NCBI GenBank assembly: GCA_963769935.1
Contig: CAVYNY010000004.1
Span: forward strand, 37,301 to 101,300
Reading direction: 5' to 3'
DNA from: an uncultured delta proteobacterium
GTDB lineage: Bacteria; Desulfobacterota; Desulfobacteria; Desulfobacterales; JAFDCJ01
Length of the DNA stretch: 64,000 bases
A model generated the notes under the pieces. It was not told the DNA's origin. It saw nothing but the letters and a program-made list of their open reading frames with translations, and did no database searches. This document shows positions 1 to 11,227 of this stretch, one piece after another. Both the position numbers and the translations under genes were made by a program. The first letter of the stretch is position 1; every line of letters starts with the position of its first letter.

Positions 1-1
1 G

Positions 2-942
<941 letters not shown>

Positions 943-955
943 TTCAGAAACGAAA

Positions 956-1034
956 AGGTTTCAGGTGTCGGGTTTCAGGTGTCAGCCAAGCCGCTGGCCG
1001 CGGAGCGGCCACTTTGATCGAGAGAGGAAACTTT
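956..1034. repeat. Intergenic repeat element: GGTTTCAGGTGTC arms plus conserved GCTGGCCGCGGAGCGGCC...TTTGATCGA core
   Basis: Near-identical reverse-complement copy at 38146-38208; related copies at ~52141-52220 and ~9280-9330. Confidence 0.8.
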
Positions 1035-1065
1035 AAAAAAGCGGATTATGAGACTCCGAATCCAA

Positions 1066-2889
1066 TCAGCTATCCAACGCTTTTTGGATCGTTTCCGCCA
1101 CCTTATGATTGAATCCGGGCAGTGAACTGATTTCATCGAGGTCGGCTGCCCGGATATTTTTTACGCTTTTGAAATGTTGCAGCAAAATGGCTTTTCTTTT
1201 TTTGCCTACTCCCGGGATGGTGTCCAGGGCGGATTGCAGGGATATTTTTTGGCGTCGTTTACGGTGAAATGATATTGCAAAGCGGTGGGCTTCATCCCGG
1301 ACCCGCTGCAAGAAAAGAAGCAGATCCCCCTCCCGGCCGAAGCTTAAGGGATTGGCTGCGGCCGGCATAAAGATTTTATCCCTGGTCTCGCCTTTATTGT
1401 CATCTTTTTTGGCGATTCCGACAATTTCGAACTTTCCCGCCAGATCCAGATCTTTGATCACCGCCCGCGCGATATTAAGCTGTCCCCTGCCGCCGTCGAC
1501 CATCAAGAGATCGGGATAGGGCTCTGCGTCTTCGCCCCTGCCGAAACGCCTTTCAAGGACCTCTTTCATATAGGCATAATCATCGTGCTCGGCCACGGTT
1601 TTAATTCGGTATTTACGATACAGGGCCTTGTTGGCTCTGGCATTTTCAAACACGACCATGGCAGATACGGGTTGTGTCCCGGAGATATTAGAGTTGTCAA
1701 AGCATTCGATTCGCTCAGGCAGCCTGCCCATTTTAAGCTTCTTTTGCAGTCGTACAATTAGATCCATTTCTGCCGAACGCGAGGCGATCAGATTTTTTAA
1801 TTCGTTTTGTGCATTTCGTTCGGCCATCTTCATCAGGCGCACTTTTTCGCCGCGCTGGGGCCGATATATATGGACTTTTTTCTGTTTAAGTCCGCGCAGC
1901 CACTCTTCAATCAGGTGGGCATCTTCCAGATCTGTCGCTACCAGCATTTCATCGGGTATAAACCGGTGTCGCTCATAATACTGCCTGATAAAGGCCCCGA
2001 TCATCTCCTGATCGGTGGATAAGACCTCTGCAAAATCGTAATGCCGGGTTCCGGTGAGAAACCCGCCTCGAACGGAAAGTACGGTAATGACGGAGCATTC
2101 AGCAGAGCGGGCCATGGCAAAGACGTCTCGGTCCTTAAAATCTGTTGTCACTGCGATCTGCTTTTCAATCGTACGTTCCAGCGAGTAGATTTTGTCCCTT
2201 AACCGCGCGGCTCTTTCAAACTCCTGCGCCCGGGCTGAAGTCTCCATTTGCTCTCTGACTTTGCGAATCAGATCCGGCGTCTGCCCCTTTAAAAACATAA
2301 TGGCTTCGTTGACCTGTTCCTGGTACACGATCGGGTCGACGTCGAGACAACAGGGAGCCAAGCATCCTTCCATCTGGCAGTGAAGGCAGGGACGGGTTCT
2401 GGTTTTAAAATCTTTTTTTTTGCACTTGCGAAGCTTAAAAGTTTTATTTATGGTCCGCAGGGTCTCCCGCACGGCGCGGGCCGATGCAAACGGCCCGAAA
2501 TACATGGCATCGTCCTGTCCTATTTTGCGCACGATGTCGAAATTGGGGAATTTTTCCTTAAGGTCGATTCTGAGCGATGGATAGCGTTTGTCATCCTTTA
2601 AAATGACGTTAAAGCGCGGCTTGTGCCGTTTAATGAGATTGGATTCCAGGATCAGCGCTTCTTTTTCCGTGCGGGTGATAATGGTTTCAAGATCCTCTAT
2701 TTTGTCGACTAAAATCTTGACTTTAACATCCATCTGACCGGAATTCTTGAAATAGGAAGCCAGCCGCTTCCTTAAGTTGCGGGCTTTACCGACATAAAGG
2801 ATCTCGCCGGTCGCGTCCTTCATCAGATATACACCGGGTTCTTCAGTGACTCGGGTCAGTTTATCTTGGATTTTCTTTTCGGTATGCAT
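1066..2889 (-). CDS. uvrC: Excinuclease ABC subunit C
   Basis: GIY-YIG (PGVYLM...YVGKA), Cys cluster, RIECFDNSN, DGGRGQL, RDEAHRFA, C-terminal HhH. Start placed at MHTEKK. Confidence 0.97.
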   Translation of the reverse strand: MHTEKKIQDKLTRVTEEPGVYLMKDATGEILYVGKARNLRKRLASYFKNSGQMDVKVKILVDKIEDLETIITRTEKEALILESNLIKRHKPRFNVILKDDKRYPSLRIDLKEKFPNFDIVRKIGQDDAMYFGPFASARAVRETLRTINKTFKLRKCKKKDFKTRTRPCLHCQMEGCLAPCCLDVDPIVYQEQVNEAIMFLKGQTPDLIRKVREQMETSARAQEFERAARLRDKIYSLERTIEKQIAVTTDFKDRDVFAMARSAECSVITVLSVRGGFLTGTRHYDFAEVLSTDQEMIGAFIRQYYERHRFIPDEMLVATDLEDAHLIEEWLRGLKQKKVHIYRPQRGEKVRLMKMAERNAQNELKNLIASRSAEMDLIVRLQKKLKMGRLPERIECFDNSNISGTQPVSAMVVFENARANKALYRKYRIKTVAEHDDYAYMKEVLERRFGRGEDAEPYPDLLMVDGGRGQLNIARAVIKDLDLAGKFEIVGIAKKDDNKGETRDKIFMPAAANPLSFGREGDLLLFLQRVRDEAHRFAISFHRKRRQKISLQSALDTIPGVGKKRKAILLQHFKSVKNIRAADLDEISSLPGFNHKVAETIQKALDS

Positions 2890-2911
2890 AGGGGGCTCAA
2901 AAGAAACTGCC

Positions 2912-4906
2912 TCACGCTTCCAGGACAACATATTTATGCAATTCTCTAATCTGATCTCTTAAATCTGCGGCTCTTTCAAACTCAAGGTCTCTGGCCGCCT
3001 GGTTCATCTGTTCTTCAAGTGATTTTATAACTGAATCAATATCATCCAGGGATTTATATTTGGATATTTTTTCCGCTACTTGATTTTTGGTGCGGTTATC
3101 CTGTTCAGCTCCGAAATCAAATATTTGCCTAATTTCCTTTTGAATACTTTCAGGCGTAATATTGTGCATCTGGTTATAGGCCTGCTGAATTTTGCGGCGG
3201 CGTTCGGTCTCATCGATGCATTGCTTCATCGAGGCTGTTGTTTTATCGGCGTACATGATGACCATGCCCTGCACGTTGCGGGCAGCCCGCCCGCAGGTTT
3301 GAATCAATGAGCGTTTAGAGCGTAAAAAACCTTCTTTATCTGCATCCAGGATGGCTACCAAGGCAACCTCCGGAATATCGAGACCTTCCCGCAAAAGATT
3401 TATTCCTACCAGCACATCGAATTTGCCCATTCTAAGATCTCTGATGATGTCCACTCTTTCCAGCGTGCTGATGTCGGAGTGCAGATATTGAACCTTTACA
3501 CCCAGATCGGAATAATATTCCGTGAGATCTTCGGCCATTCTTTTCGTTAGAGTCGTCACCAGAACCCGTTGCTTGCGTTTCTGGTGAATTAATATTTCTT
3601 CCAGCAGATCATCGACCTGGTTTTTGGCGCTGCGGACTTCAATCAGCGGATCGATCAATCCGGTGGGTCGGACAATTAACTCGACCAGGGAATCTTTAGC
3701 TTTGTCAAGTTCATATTCAGATGGCGTTGCCGAGACATATATAACCTGGGAAATTCTGGCTTCGGTCTCTTCAAATCTCAACGGACGGTTGTCCAGGGCC
3801 GACGGCAGACGAAATCCGTATGCCACGAGGGTTTCTTTGCGCGAGCGATCACCGCGGTACATGCCGCGCAGCTGGGGGACGGCGATATGGCTTTCATCGA
3901 TGAACAACAGAAAATCGTCCGGGAAATAGTCCAGCAGGGTTGGCGGAGGTTCTCCCGGTCTGCGTCCGGTAAGGTGTCGCGAATAATTTTCGATGCCGTT
4001 GCAGTAGCCCAATTCCTGGATCATCTCCAGATCGAATTGCGTGCGCTCCTCGATGCGTTGGGCTTCGATCAATTTGTTTTCATTGCGAAAGTACCCTATG
4101 CGTTCCTTCAATTCTTCGAGGATGGTTTCTGTGGCCTTCTTCAAGGTCGTTTTCTGGGTTACATAGTGGCTGGCCGGAAATATGGCGATGTGCTCCAATC
4201 GTTTGATCACGGTCCCCCGCAGCGCATCTATCTCGCATATGGCCTCGATTTGATCTCCGAAAAAGTCGATGCGAATCGCTTTGTCTTCTTCATAGGCTGG
4301 AAACACCTCTACCCGGTCACCTCTGACTCTGAAAACGCCCCGGTAAAAGTCCATATCGTTGCGCTCATACTGCATGGCGATCAGATTGAAAAGCAGCTCG
4401 TCCCGTCCTAATTCCATACCATTTTCCATATCGACCCGCATGCCCAGATAATCTTCCGGTGCACCCAGCCCGAATATGCAGGAAACACTGGCGACTATGA
4501 TGATATCTCCGCGGGACAATACCGAGCGCGTGGCGGAATGTCGCAACTTATCGATCATATCATTTATGGACGAATCCTTCTGAATGTACGTATCGCTGGA
4601 TGGAATATAGGCTTCCGGTTGATAATAGTCGTAGTAACTGACAAAATATTCAACAGAATTTTGCGGAAACAGCTGTTTGAATTCGTTGTAAAGCTGCGCC
4701 GCGAGAGTTTTATTGGGAGCGATAACAAGGGCTGGCTTCTTGACCTTGGCGATGACGTGGGCCATGGCAAATGTCTTCCCGGAGCCGGTAACCCCTAAAA
4801 GGACATTGTGGCGCTTCCCCTTAATCAGGTTGTGTGATAATTTTGCTATGGCCTGGGGTTGATCGCCGGCAGGCTGGTAACTGGATGTCAATTTAAAGTC
4901 AGACAT
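2912..4906 (-). CDS. uvrB: Excinuclease ABC subunit B
   Basis: [32 protein letters not shown]-terminal UVR coil. Confidence 0.98.
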   Translation of the reverse strand: MSDFKLTSSYQPAGDQPQAIAKLSHNLIKGKRHNVLLGVTGSGKTFAMAHVIAKVKKPALVIAPNKTLAAQLYNEFKQLFPQNSVEYFVSYYDYYQPEAYIPSSDTYIQKDSSINDMIDKLRHSATRSVLSRGDIIIVASVSCIFGLGAPEDYLGMRVDMENGMELGRDELLFNLIAMQYERNDMDFYRGVFRVRGDRVEVFPAYEEDKAIRIDFFGDQIEAICEIDALRGTVIKRLEHIAIFPASHYVTQKTTLKKATETILEELKERIGYFRNENKLIEAQRIEERTQFDLEMIQELGYCNGIENYSRHLTGRRPGEPPPTLLDYFPDDFLLFIDESHIAVPQLRGMYRGDRSRKETLVAYGFRLPSALDNRPLRFEETEARISQVIYVSATPSEYELDKAKDSLVELIVRPTGLIDPLIEVRSAKNQVDDLLEEILIHQKRKQRVLVTTLTKRMAEDLTEYYSDLGVKVQYLHSDISTLERVDIIRDLRMGKFDVLVGINLLREGLDIPEVALVAILDADKEGFLRSKRSLIQTCGRAARNVQGMVIMYADKTTASMKQCIDETERRRKIQQAYNQMHNITPESIQKEIRQIFDFGAEQDNRTKNQVAEKISKYKSLDDIDSVIKSLEEQMNQAARDLEFERAADLRDQIRELHKYVVLEA

Positions 4907-4929
4907 TATAAAATATCTCGAAAATTCTA

Positions 4930-5397
4930 TTACTCCAAAAGGGCTACGCTCATTGCTCCGATGCCCTCCCCTTTTCCGATGATCCCCAGACCTTCGGTAG
5001 TGGTGGCTTTAATATTAATGCAGCCGGGATCAACTTCAACCGTATTGGCCAGATTTTCCCGCATCTCTTGGCGGAAAGGACTGATTTTAGGAGCTTCGGC
5101 GAAAATTATCGTATCGATATTCCGGATTGAAAATCCCTTTTTGCGAATCAGGGTGTTGGTTTCGGCCAGCAGCGTTAAACTGCATATGTCTTTGAATTTG
5201 AGGTCGGTATCGGGAAAATGCAGGCCGATATCACCCAACCCAGCCGCGCCCAGCAAAGCATCGCACACCGCATGCACCAGAACATCCGCGTCGGAGTGAC
5301 CCAGCAAACCTTTCTCGAAGGGAATAACAACACCACCCAAGACAAGTTTGCGACCTGCTACCAGCTTGTGTACATCATACCCGATACCGATCTGCAT
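4930..5397 (-). CDS. ispF: 2-C-methyl-D-erythritol 2,4-cyclodiphosphate synthase
   Basis: [33 protein letters not shown] motifs. Confidence 0.97.
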   Translation of the reverse strand: MQIGIGYDVHKLVAGRKLVLGGVVIPFEKGLLGHSDADVLVHAVCDALLGAAGLGDIGLHFPDTDLKFKDICSLTLLAETNTLIRKKGFSIRNIDTIIFAEAPKISPFRQEMRENLANTVEVDPGCINIKATTTEGLGIIGKGEGIGAMSVALLE

Positions 5398-5599
5398 GAG
5401 AGTTTCCTCATCATATTATTTAATCCGCTTAATTTTAATACCACAAAAACAATCGGGCGTAAACTTGCGCAAGGTCGAACTTTCGGATTGTTTTTCGGGA
5501 TGTATGCAGTAATTCTTGACCGCTTTTAAAGGACCGGTATATGCTTAACTTTCAAACCCATTTATACACAGCGTCATAAATAACAGGGAGGTTACCAAA

Positions 5600-7765
5600 A
5601 TGGGGGACTATTCCGCTAAATCAGAGAAACAGGCTTTAACGGATCGTGAAGCCAAGGAATTTCTGACTGAATTCGGAATTCCATTCGTCCCGGAAGCAAA
5701 TGTCGACCAACCGTCGGATGTGGTGTCGGCTGCCGCTAAGTTTGGATTTCCGGTAGTCGTCAAAGGTGTTGGCAAAAACCTGCTGCATAAGTCCGATCGC
5801 GGGCTGGTGCACCTCAATCTTTCCGATGCCGGGGCGATCAAACTGGCAGTCAAAGCAATTACAGCTGAAGCATCCGGAGAATTGGATGGATTTTCGATAC
5901 AGCCGCAGATTAAAGGACGACGTGAATTTGTCGCCGGTCTGTTTCGGGATCAACAATTCGGACCGGTGGTCATGTTTGGCATCGGCGGGGTATTTACCGA
6001 AGCTTTTTCGGATGTCGCTTTTCGACTCGCACCGCTGACCGGGAGTGATGCAGCCGAGATGCTCGCAGAAATCCAAGGCCAAGCCCTGTTGGGCAAGTTC
6101 AGAGGCGAAATGCCTGCTGATCGAAAGATGTTGATTCAAGCACTGCAGGGATTGTCCCGGGTCGGCGAAACGCACCCGGAAATTGTCGAAGTCGATATTA
6201 ATCCCCTGCTTGTTACTCCGGCAGGACAAATTCTGGCCGTCGATGCCCTGGTGCTGACTGGCGACCCGGTTCATCAGGCTGAAATGCTGCCGCCTGTTCC
6301 GCCGGAGGCCATCGGATCGTTGTTTTATCCCAAGAGCGTCGCCATTGTGGGAGCTTCCGCCCAAATCGGAAAATGGGGGCATTCCCTGATGGCCAATACC
6401 ATCAGCGGCGGCTTTAACGGTCGGATTTATCCGGTAAATCCGAAAGGCGGCTGCATTGCCGGCCGACAAGTCTATCGGTCTGTAGCGGAAATACCTGATC
6501 AGATCGATCTGGCGGCCGTGACCGTCCCGGCCGAAAAGGTTTTGGACCTTATTCCCCAGTTCCGAAAAAAAGGGATTCGGAACATGCTCCTGGTTACTTC
6601 CGGTTTCAGTGAAACCGGTCCCCAGGGCCGCCGATTGGAAAACGAACTTGTTAAAGCCGCCCGCAAGTCCGGCATTCTGTTACTCGGGCCGAACACCATG
6701 GGCATTTGCAATCCGCATATCAATCTATACTGCGCCGGTTCCCCGGTCATGCCTCGACCCGGCTCCACCGCCATGGTGGCTCAATCGGGCAATATGGGGA
6801 TCCAGCTGCTGGCTTTTGCCGAACAGCAGGGCATCGGAATACGCGCGTTTTGCGGATCGGGCAATGAGGCGATGATGACCATAGAAGATTATCTTGACGG
6901 GTTCGAGGTGGATGCCTTGACGCGTACCGTGATACTTTATATCGAAAGCGTAAAAAATGGCCGGCGATTTTTTGAAAGTGCCTTGCGGGTTGGAAAAAAG
7001 AAGCCGATCGTGCTCCTCAAAGGCGGACGAAGCCGGGCCGGCAGCCGGGCGGCGGCCAGCCACACCGGTGCCATGGCCTCGGATATAAAACTGTTTGACG
7101 CAGTCTGCCGACAGGCCGGAATTGTCAGGGCGGAAAAACCAATGGATCTTCTGGATCTGGCAGCCGCTTTTTCGTCCTTGCCTTTGCCTGAAGGAAATCG
7201 CGCTGCCATCATGACCCTGGGCGGCGGTTGGGGGGTTGTTACGGCAGATTTGTGCGCGGAATGCGGCTTGGACGTGCCGGAGCTCACTCCAGAGCTTATT
7301 GCCAGGATGGACCGTATGCTGCCATCCTATTGGAGTCGATCCAACCCGATCGATTTGGTGGGTGATCGAGATTTCTCCATTCCAATGAATATCTTAGAGG
7401 AGCTTATGCAGTGGGAGGGCTGCGATGCCGTCATCAACCTTGGCGTATTCGGACGCCGGATCATGGTCAGGCGGTTCGGAGAGTCCGTGCTTAAGGCGGA
7501 TCCGGATTATTCCCTCGAAACAATAAACATGATGAACCAACAGTTTATCGAGTTTGAACAGAACTATATTCGTCACATTGTAAATTTAATGGATCGGCAC
7601 CATAAGCCGATATTTGGGGTCAGTCTGCTGCCCGATGAAAACAATCAAACTATCTACCGAGTTAAAACAAGCGGGTTTAAAGGGGTCTTTTATCCCACCC
7701 CGGAACGCGCGGTCAAAGCCTTCGCCAAGATGGTTGAATATCATCGGTTTTTAAAGCGAAATTGA
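5600..7765 (+). CDS. ADP-forming acyl-CoA synthetase (acetate-CoA ligase family), beta-alpha fusion
   Basis: N-terminal ATP-grasp (HKSDRG, FGPVVMFGIGG, DINPL) followed by CoA-binding and ligase domains (YPVNPK, GPNTMG, QSGNMG, GNEA, SHTGA). Confidence 0.88.
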   Translation: MGDYSAKSEKQALTDREAKEFLTEFGIPFVPEANVDQPSDVVSAAAKFGFPVVVKGVGKNLLHKSDRGLVHLNLSDAGAIKLAVKAITAEASGELDGFSIQPQIKGRREFVAGLFRDQQFGPVVMFGIGGVFTEAFSDVAFRLAPLTGSDAAEMLAEIQGQALLGKFRGEMPADRKMLIQALQGLSRVGETHPEIVEVDINPLLVTPAGQILAVDALVLTGDPVHQAEMLPPVPPEAIGSLFYPKSVAIVGASAQIGKWGHSLMANTISGGFNGRIYPVNPKGGCIAGRQVYRSVAEIPDQIDLAAVTVPAEKVLDLIPQFRKKGIRNMLLVTSGFSETGPQGRRLENELVKAARKSGILLLGPNTMGICNPHINLYCAGSPVMPRPGSTAMVAQSGNMGIQLLAFAEQQGIGIRAFCGSGNEAMMTIEDYLDGFEVDALTRTVILYIESVKNGRRFFESALRVGKKKPIVLLKGGRSRAGSRAAASHTGAMASDIKLFDAVCRQAGIVRAEKPMDLLDLAAAFSSLPLPEGNRAAIMTLGGGWGVVTADLCAECGLDVPELTPELIARMDRMLPSYWSRSNPIDLVGDRDFSIPMNILEELMQWEGCDAVINLGVFGRRIMVRRFGESVLKADPDYSLETINMMNQQFIEFEQNYIRHIVNLMDRHHKPIFGVSLLPDENNQTIYRVKTSGFKGVFYPTPERAVKAFAKMVEYHRFLKRN

Positions 7766-8079
7766 CTTGTGCGATAAAGCATTCTATGATACTAAAATTG
7801 GTCTTCCGAAGTCGGACGGGTGACTGCAAAAATTATGGTGTCGAACAGATTATTTTGAAAATGAATAAAATAGTTGAATCGGGTCTTTTTCAAAAATGAC
7901 AAAAAAAAGGTTCAAATATAAATACGATTTCGAAATCGGGTATCTGATAAAAAGTCCCTGCAAAAAGTGCATCCACCAGAAAACCTTTCCAAAGTGCAGT
8001 GCCGAATGCGAATTGTTGGATAAGATCCATACGATTTTATGCGAATCCGTTTCCTGTACCAGGCGCCAGCAATAATGAA

Positions 8080-9096
8080 TTAATCCCCCAGCCTTGCTAT
8101 CACGGCACCCCAGGTCAATCCGGCGCCCAAGCCCAGAAACAGCACGGTACTGCCGTTGCCGACCAGCTTCATTTCAAGGACTTCATCAAGGGCAATCGGG
8201 ATGCTGGCTGCAGTGGTGTTGCCGTAGCGCTGAATGTTGTTGAACACCTTATCTTCCGGCAACTTCATGGCTTGTTGAAAAAATTGATTGATGCGCATGT
8301 TGGCCTGATGCGGGATAAACAAATCAATGTCTTTCAGCGAGAGGGCTGCTTTTTCCAGTGTTTCCTGAACGACTTCGGGCAATTTCTGCACGGCTAATTT
8401 GAATATGGTTTTGCCATCCATCTGCGGCCAATGCCGTCCTTGATCGATAAGTTCATGGCTGATCCGGGGATTCAGCCGTGATGTTCCCACCTCAACCATC
8501 AGACTTTCGGCAAATGCACCGTTGGCGTGCAACGCCGAGGCCAGTATGCCCGTTGGTTCATCGGTTTCGATTCCTTCCAGGCAAACGGCGCCCGCACCAT
8601 CGCCGAAGATGACGGCCACATCCCGGCCCTCGGTTGAAATATTCAGTCCGGTGCTGTGGACCTCGGCTCCGACAAGCAGGATTCGATTGGCTAGACCGCT
8701 GCGGACGTATGCATCGGCCGTGGTCAATCCGTACAAAAAACCGGTACATTGCTGTCTGATATCCAGCGCCGGGGTCGAATTTAACCCCAGTTTATGCTGC
8801 ATCAGGCAGCCGGAGCCCGGGAAAAAAATGTCCGGACTCAAGGTTGCAAAAATGATCAGATCCAGGTCCTGCGGCTCCCAGCCCGCCCGCAGCAGTGCTA
8901 TTTTAGAAGCTTCCAGTCCCAGATCCGATGATCCAACGCCGCCTTCGGCAGGAATCCAATGGCGCTGTTCGATCCCGGTTCGCTGCCGGATCCATTCATC
9001 CGATGTGTCCATCCATTGGGCCATTTCTTCATTGGTTACGATCCTGGGCGGCAAATAGCGCCCGGTCCCTCGTATTACTGTTCGTTTCATTTTCAT
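8080..9096 (-). CDS. fabH: 3-oxoacyl-ACP synthase III family protein (FabH-like)
   Basis: DTSDEWIRQRTGI, catalytic Cys (QQCTGF), FGDGAGA, PHQAN, YGNT, GAGLTWG. Confidence 0.85.
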   Translation of the reverse strand: MKMKRTVIRGTGRYLPPRIVTNEEMAQWMDTSDEWIRQRTGIEQRHWIPAEGGVGSSDLGLEASKIALLRAGWEPQDLDLIIFATLSPDIFFPGSGCLMQHKLGLNSTPALDIRQQCTGFLYGLTTADAYVRSGLANRILLVGAEVHSTGLNISTEGRDVAVIFGDGAGAVCLEGIETDEPTGILASALHANGAFAESLMVEVGTSRLNPRISHELIDQGRHWPQMDGKTIFKLAVQKLPEVVQETLEKAALSLKDIDLFIPHQANMRINQFFQQAMKLPEDKVFNNIQRYGNTTAASIPIALDEVLEMKLVGNGSTVLFLGLGAGLTWGAVIARLGD

Positions 9097-9110
9097 CGTT
9101 TCCTTGCTAA

Positions 9111-9332
9111 AGGTTCAATGGTTCAGGGTTCACGGTTCAGGGTTGCCGCATATAAAAGTCTATAATATTTTCCATTTGCTATCAAATTTTTAATATCGAT
9201 AAATTTGCAGATTACAATATTCGATGTTGGACGTTTCACGCCTTGGCGTGATTCAATGTTCGACGTTCATCAATTTAATTTTCGGTCAAACCGGCAGATT
9301 TTCAGGCCGACGGCCAGGCTGAACCTTGAATC
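9111..9332. repeat. Composite heptamer-repeat element (GGTTCAG arms, TTCGATG array with a 16-bp palindromic insert)
   Basis: GGTTCAA/GGTTCAG x4 at left, CTGAACCTTGAA at right, TCACGCCTTGGCGTGA at 9236-9251. Confidence 0.7.
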
Positions 9333-9335
9333 GAG

Positions 9336-11210
9336 TTACCCCCACAACGCATCCCGCAGTCCTGAAGTTCGCTCGATTTTGCGTGCGATGGCGGCTTTAA
9401 AGACAGGTTCAGGTCCCCAAATAGAAACGGTTCGTCGGGCCCGGGTCAATCCGGTATAGATCAATTCCCGGGTTAATAGAGGATAATCGCTTTCCGGCAG
9501 CAGCAGGATGATATGTTCGAATTCCGAACCCTGACTCTTGTGAACCGTCATGGCATAAACGGTTTCGCACTCGACAAGTCGATGGGGTGCGAACCTTTTA
9601 ACATCACCGGAGGCATCCGGAAAATAGACGTAGAGGTCACTGTCAGCTGCTTCCGGATCAGGCAGAGTGATCCCGATATCACCGTTGAAAAGCCCAAGGT
9701 TGTAGTCATTTTTGGTTATCAGAACCGGCCGCCCCCGATACCAGGCAGGCGTTTCCCGCAGGTCAAAGGATATCAGGCCTTCACGGCTTAGAACTTCTTC
9801 TGCCAGCCTGTTAATGGCAATTGCACCGGATGGTCCGATTTTAAGGGCGCATAAAATTTTAAACCGGGCAAATTCTTCCATCGCCGACCTGGGATCCTTT
9901 AATGTCAGGTATTTTCTGTAGCCTGTCACAATTTTGCGGCTGATATCGTGCGTCAGATATGCTTCGGACGATACCGGCTGCCAGGCAATGGATTTTTCGG
10001 CGGGATCGGTCAACAAAGCCAGCGCCGCCTTGCTATCACCGCGATTGACCGCCCGGCTCAATGCGCCGATACCGCTTTCCGCTGCAAATCGATAACTTTC
10101 CTGTAGAACTGTAATGCTGTCCTGCAGGCAGCCGGAATTTTGAGAAATCTGCGCCGAATCAGCGAGTCGGAATTGTGTCAATTGTTCAATCTTTGATAGA
10201 AAACCGTTGCTGAAGTCGTGAATCGCCTGCCGATCGCAGATGTCTCCCAGCACGGACCCTGCTTCAACCGATGCCAGCTGGTCTTTGTCCCCGACCAGCA
10301 ACAGGCGGGCGTCCGGTGGTACTGCCTCAACCAGCTTGGACATCAAGGCCAAATCCACCATGGATGCTTCATCAACCACAACGACATGGGCCGCCAGGGG
10401 ATTTTCGGCATTCCTGCGAAAATAGGGCGTACCGGCATACGGTTTCAGCAAGCGGTGTATGGTGGATGCTTCATGGGGGATAGCATTTTTAATCAGATCG
10501 CTGCAATTAAGAAGCCGTTTGGCTTCCAGGATGGACTCGCCGAGCCTGGCAGCCGCCTTCCCGGTGGGAGCGGCCAGATAAATCCGCGGTTTATCCGTCG
10601 TGATGCACTGCCATAACAGCGCCAGGATCCTGGCGATCGTGAAGGTCTTGCCGCTACCCGGTCCGCCTGTGATGACACTGAAGCGCTTTAAGGCCGCGAC
10701 AACTGCCGCAACTTCTTGCCAGTCAATTTTACGAGGATCCGGGTTCGGGAAAAGCGTCTTCAGGTTTCGCGCCAATTCGCGGGAGTTAAAATCCTGCAGT
10801 TCGCCCACTGCCCGCTGCCGGATGGAATCCGAAAGTTTTTTTTCATATTCCCAGTAGCGGTAAAGATACAGTCGATGGTGGTTATCCAGAATCAGGGGAC
10901 GGGTGCTGCCGGGCCGGCCAACCGCCGGGCTGGCCAGAAGATTTTCCTGCCAGCGGTCAACCGGCGGACACCGCAACCGGTCGGTTCCATCCGGCCTATC
11001 AAAAATAATGGTTTCAGCCAAAGCTTCAAGGTTCAGGCAAATATCTCCATTTCCCGTTGCCCGGCTGACCAGTGCCGCCGCCAGGAAAACATTCGGATCC
11101 TCCCCGGCGGAAAACCGCTCAATGAACCTGGCGAAATGGATGTCAATATCAGAAAATAGGCCCGTGGTTTTTAAAATGGATATTATGTTCGGCGACTTCC
11201 CGTTTGCCAT
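9336..11210 (-). CDS. recD: Exodeoxyribonuclease V alpha subunit
   Basis: RLYLYRYW, GGPGSGKT, APTGKAA, VVVDEASM, GDKDQLASV, AMTVHKSQGSEF, YTGLTRAR. Confidence 0.96.
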   Translation of the reverse strand: MANGKSPNIISILKTTGLFSDIDIHFARFIERFSAGEDPNVFLAAALVSRATGNGDICLNLEALAETIIFDRPDGTDRLRCPPVDRWQENLLASPAVGRPGSTRPLILDNHHRLYLYRYWEYEKKLSDSIRQRAVGELQDFNSRELARNLKTLFPNPDPRKIDWQEVAAVVAALKRFSVITGGPGSGKTFTIARILALLWQCITTDKPRIYLAAPTGKAAARLGESILEAKRLLNCSDLIKNAIPHEASTIHRLLKPYAGTPYFRRNAENPLAAHVVVVDEASMVDLALMSKLVEAVPPDARLLLVGDKDQLASVEAGSVLGDICDRQAIHDFSNGFLSKIEQLTQFRLADSAQISQNSGCLQDSITVLQESYRFAAESGIGALSRAVNRGDSKAALALLTDPAEKSIAWQPVSSEAYLTHDISRKIVTGYRKYLTLKDPRSAMEEFARFKILCALKIGPSGAIAINRLAEEVLSREGLISFDLRETPAWYRGRPVLITKNDYNLGLFNGDIGITLPDPEAADSDLYVYFPDASGDVKRFAPHRLVECETVYAMTVHKSQGSEFEHIILLLPESDYPLLTRELIYTGLTRARRTVSIWGPEPVFKAAIARKIERTSGLRDALWG

Positions 11211-11227
11211 CTTTTTACCTAATGAAC

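Noticed and set aside
5636..6469. Long antisense ORFs (also 32020-32766, 14465-15079, 8522-9058)
   Set aside because: They overlap well-supported genes on the opposite strand and show no recognisable motifs.
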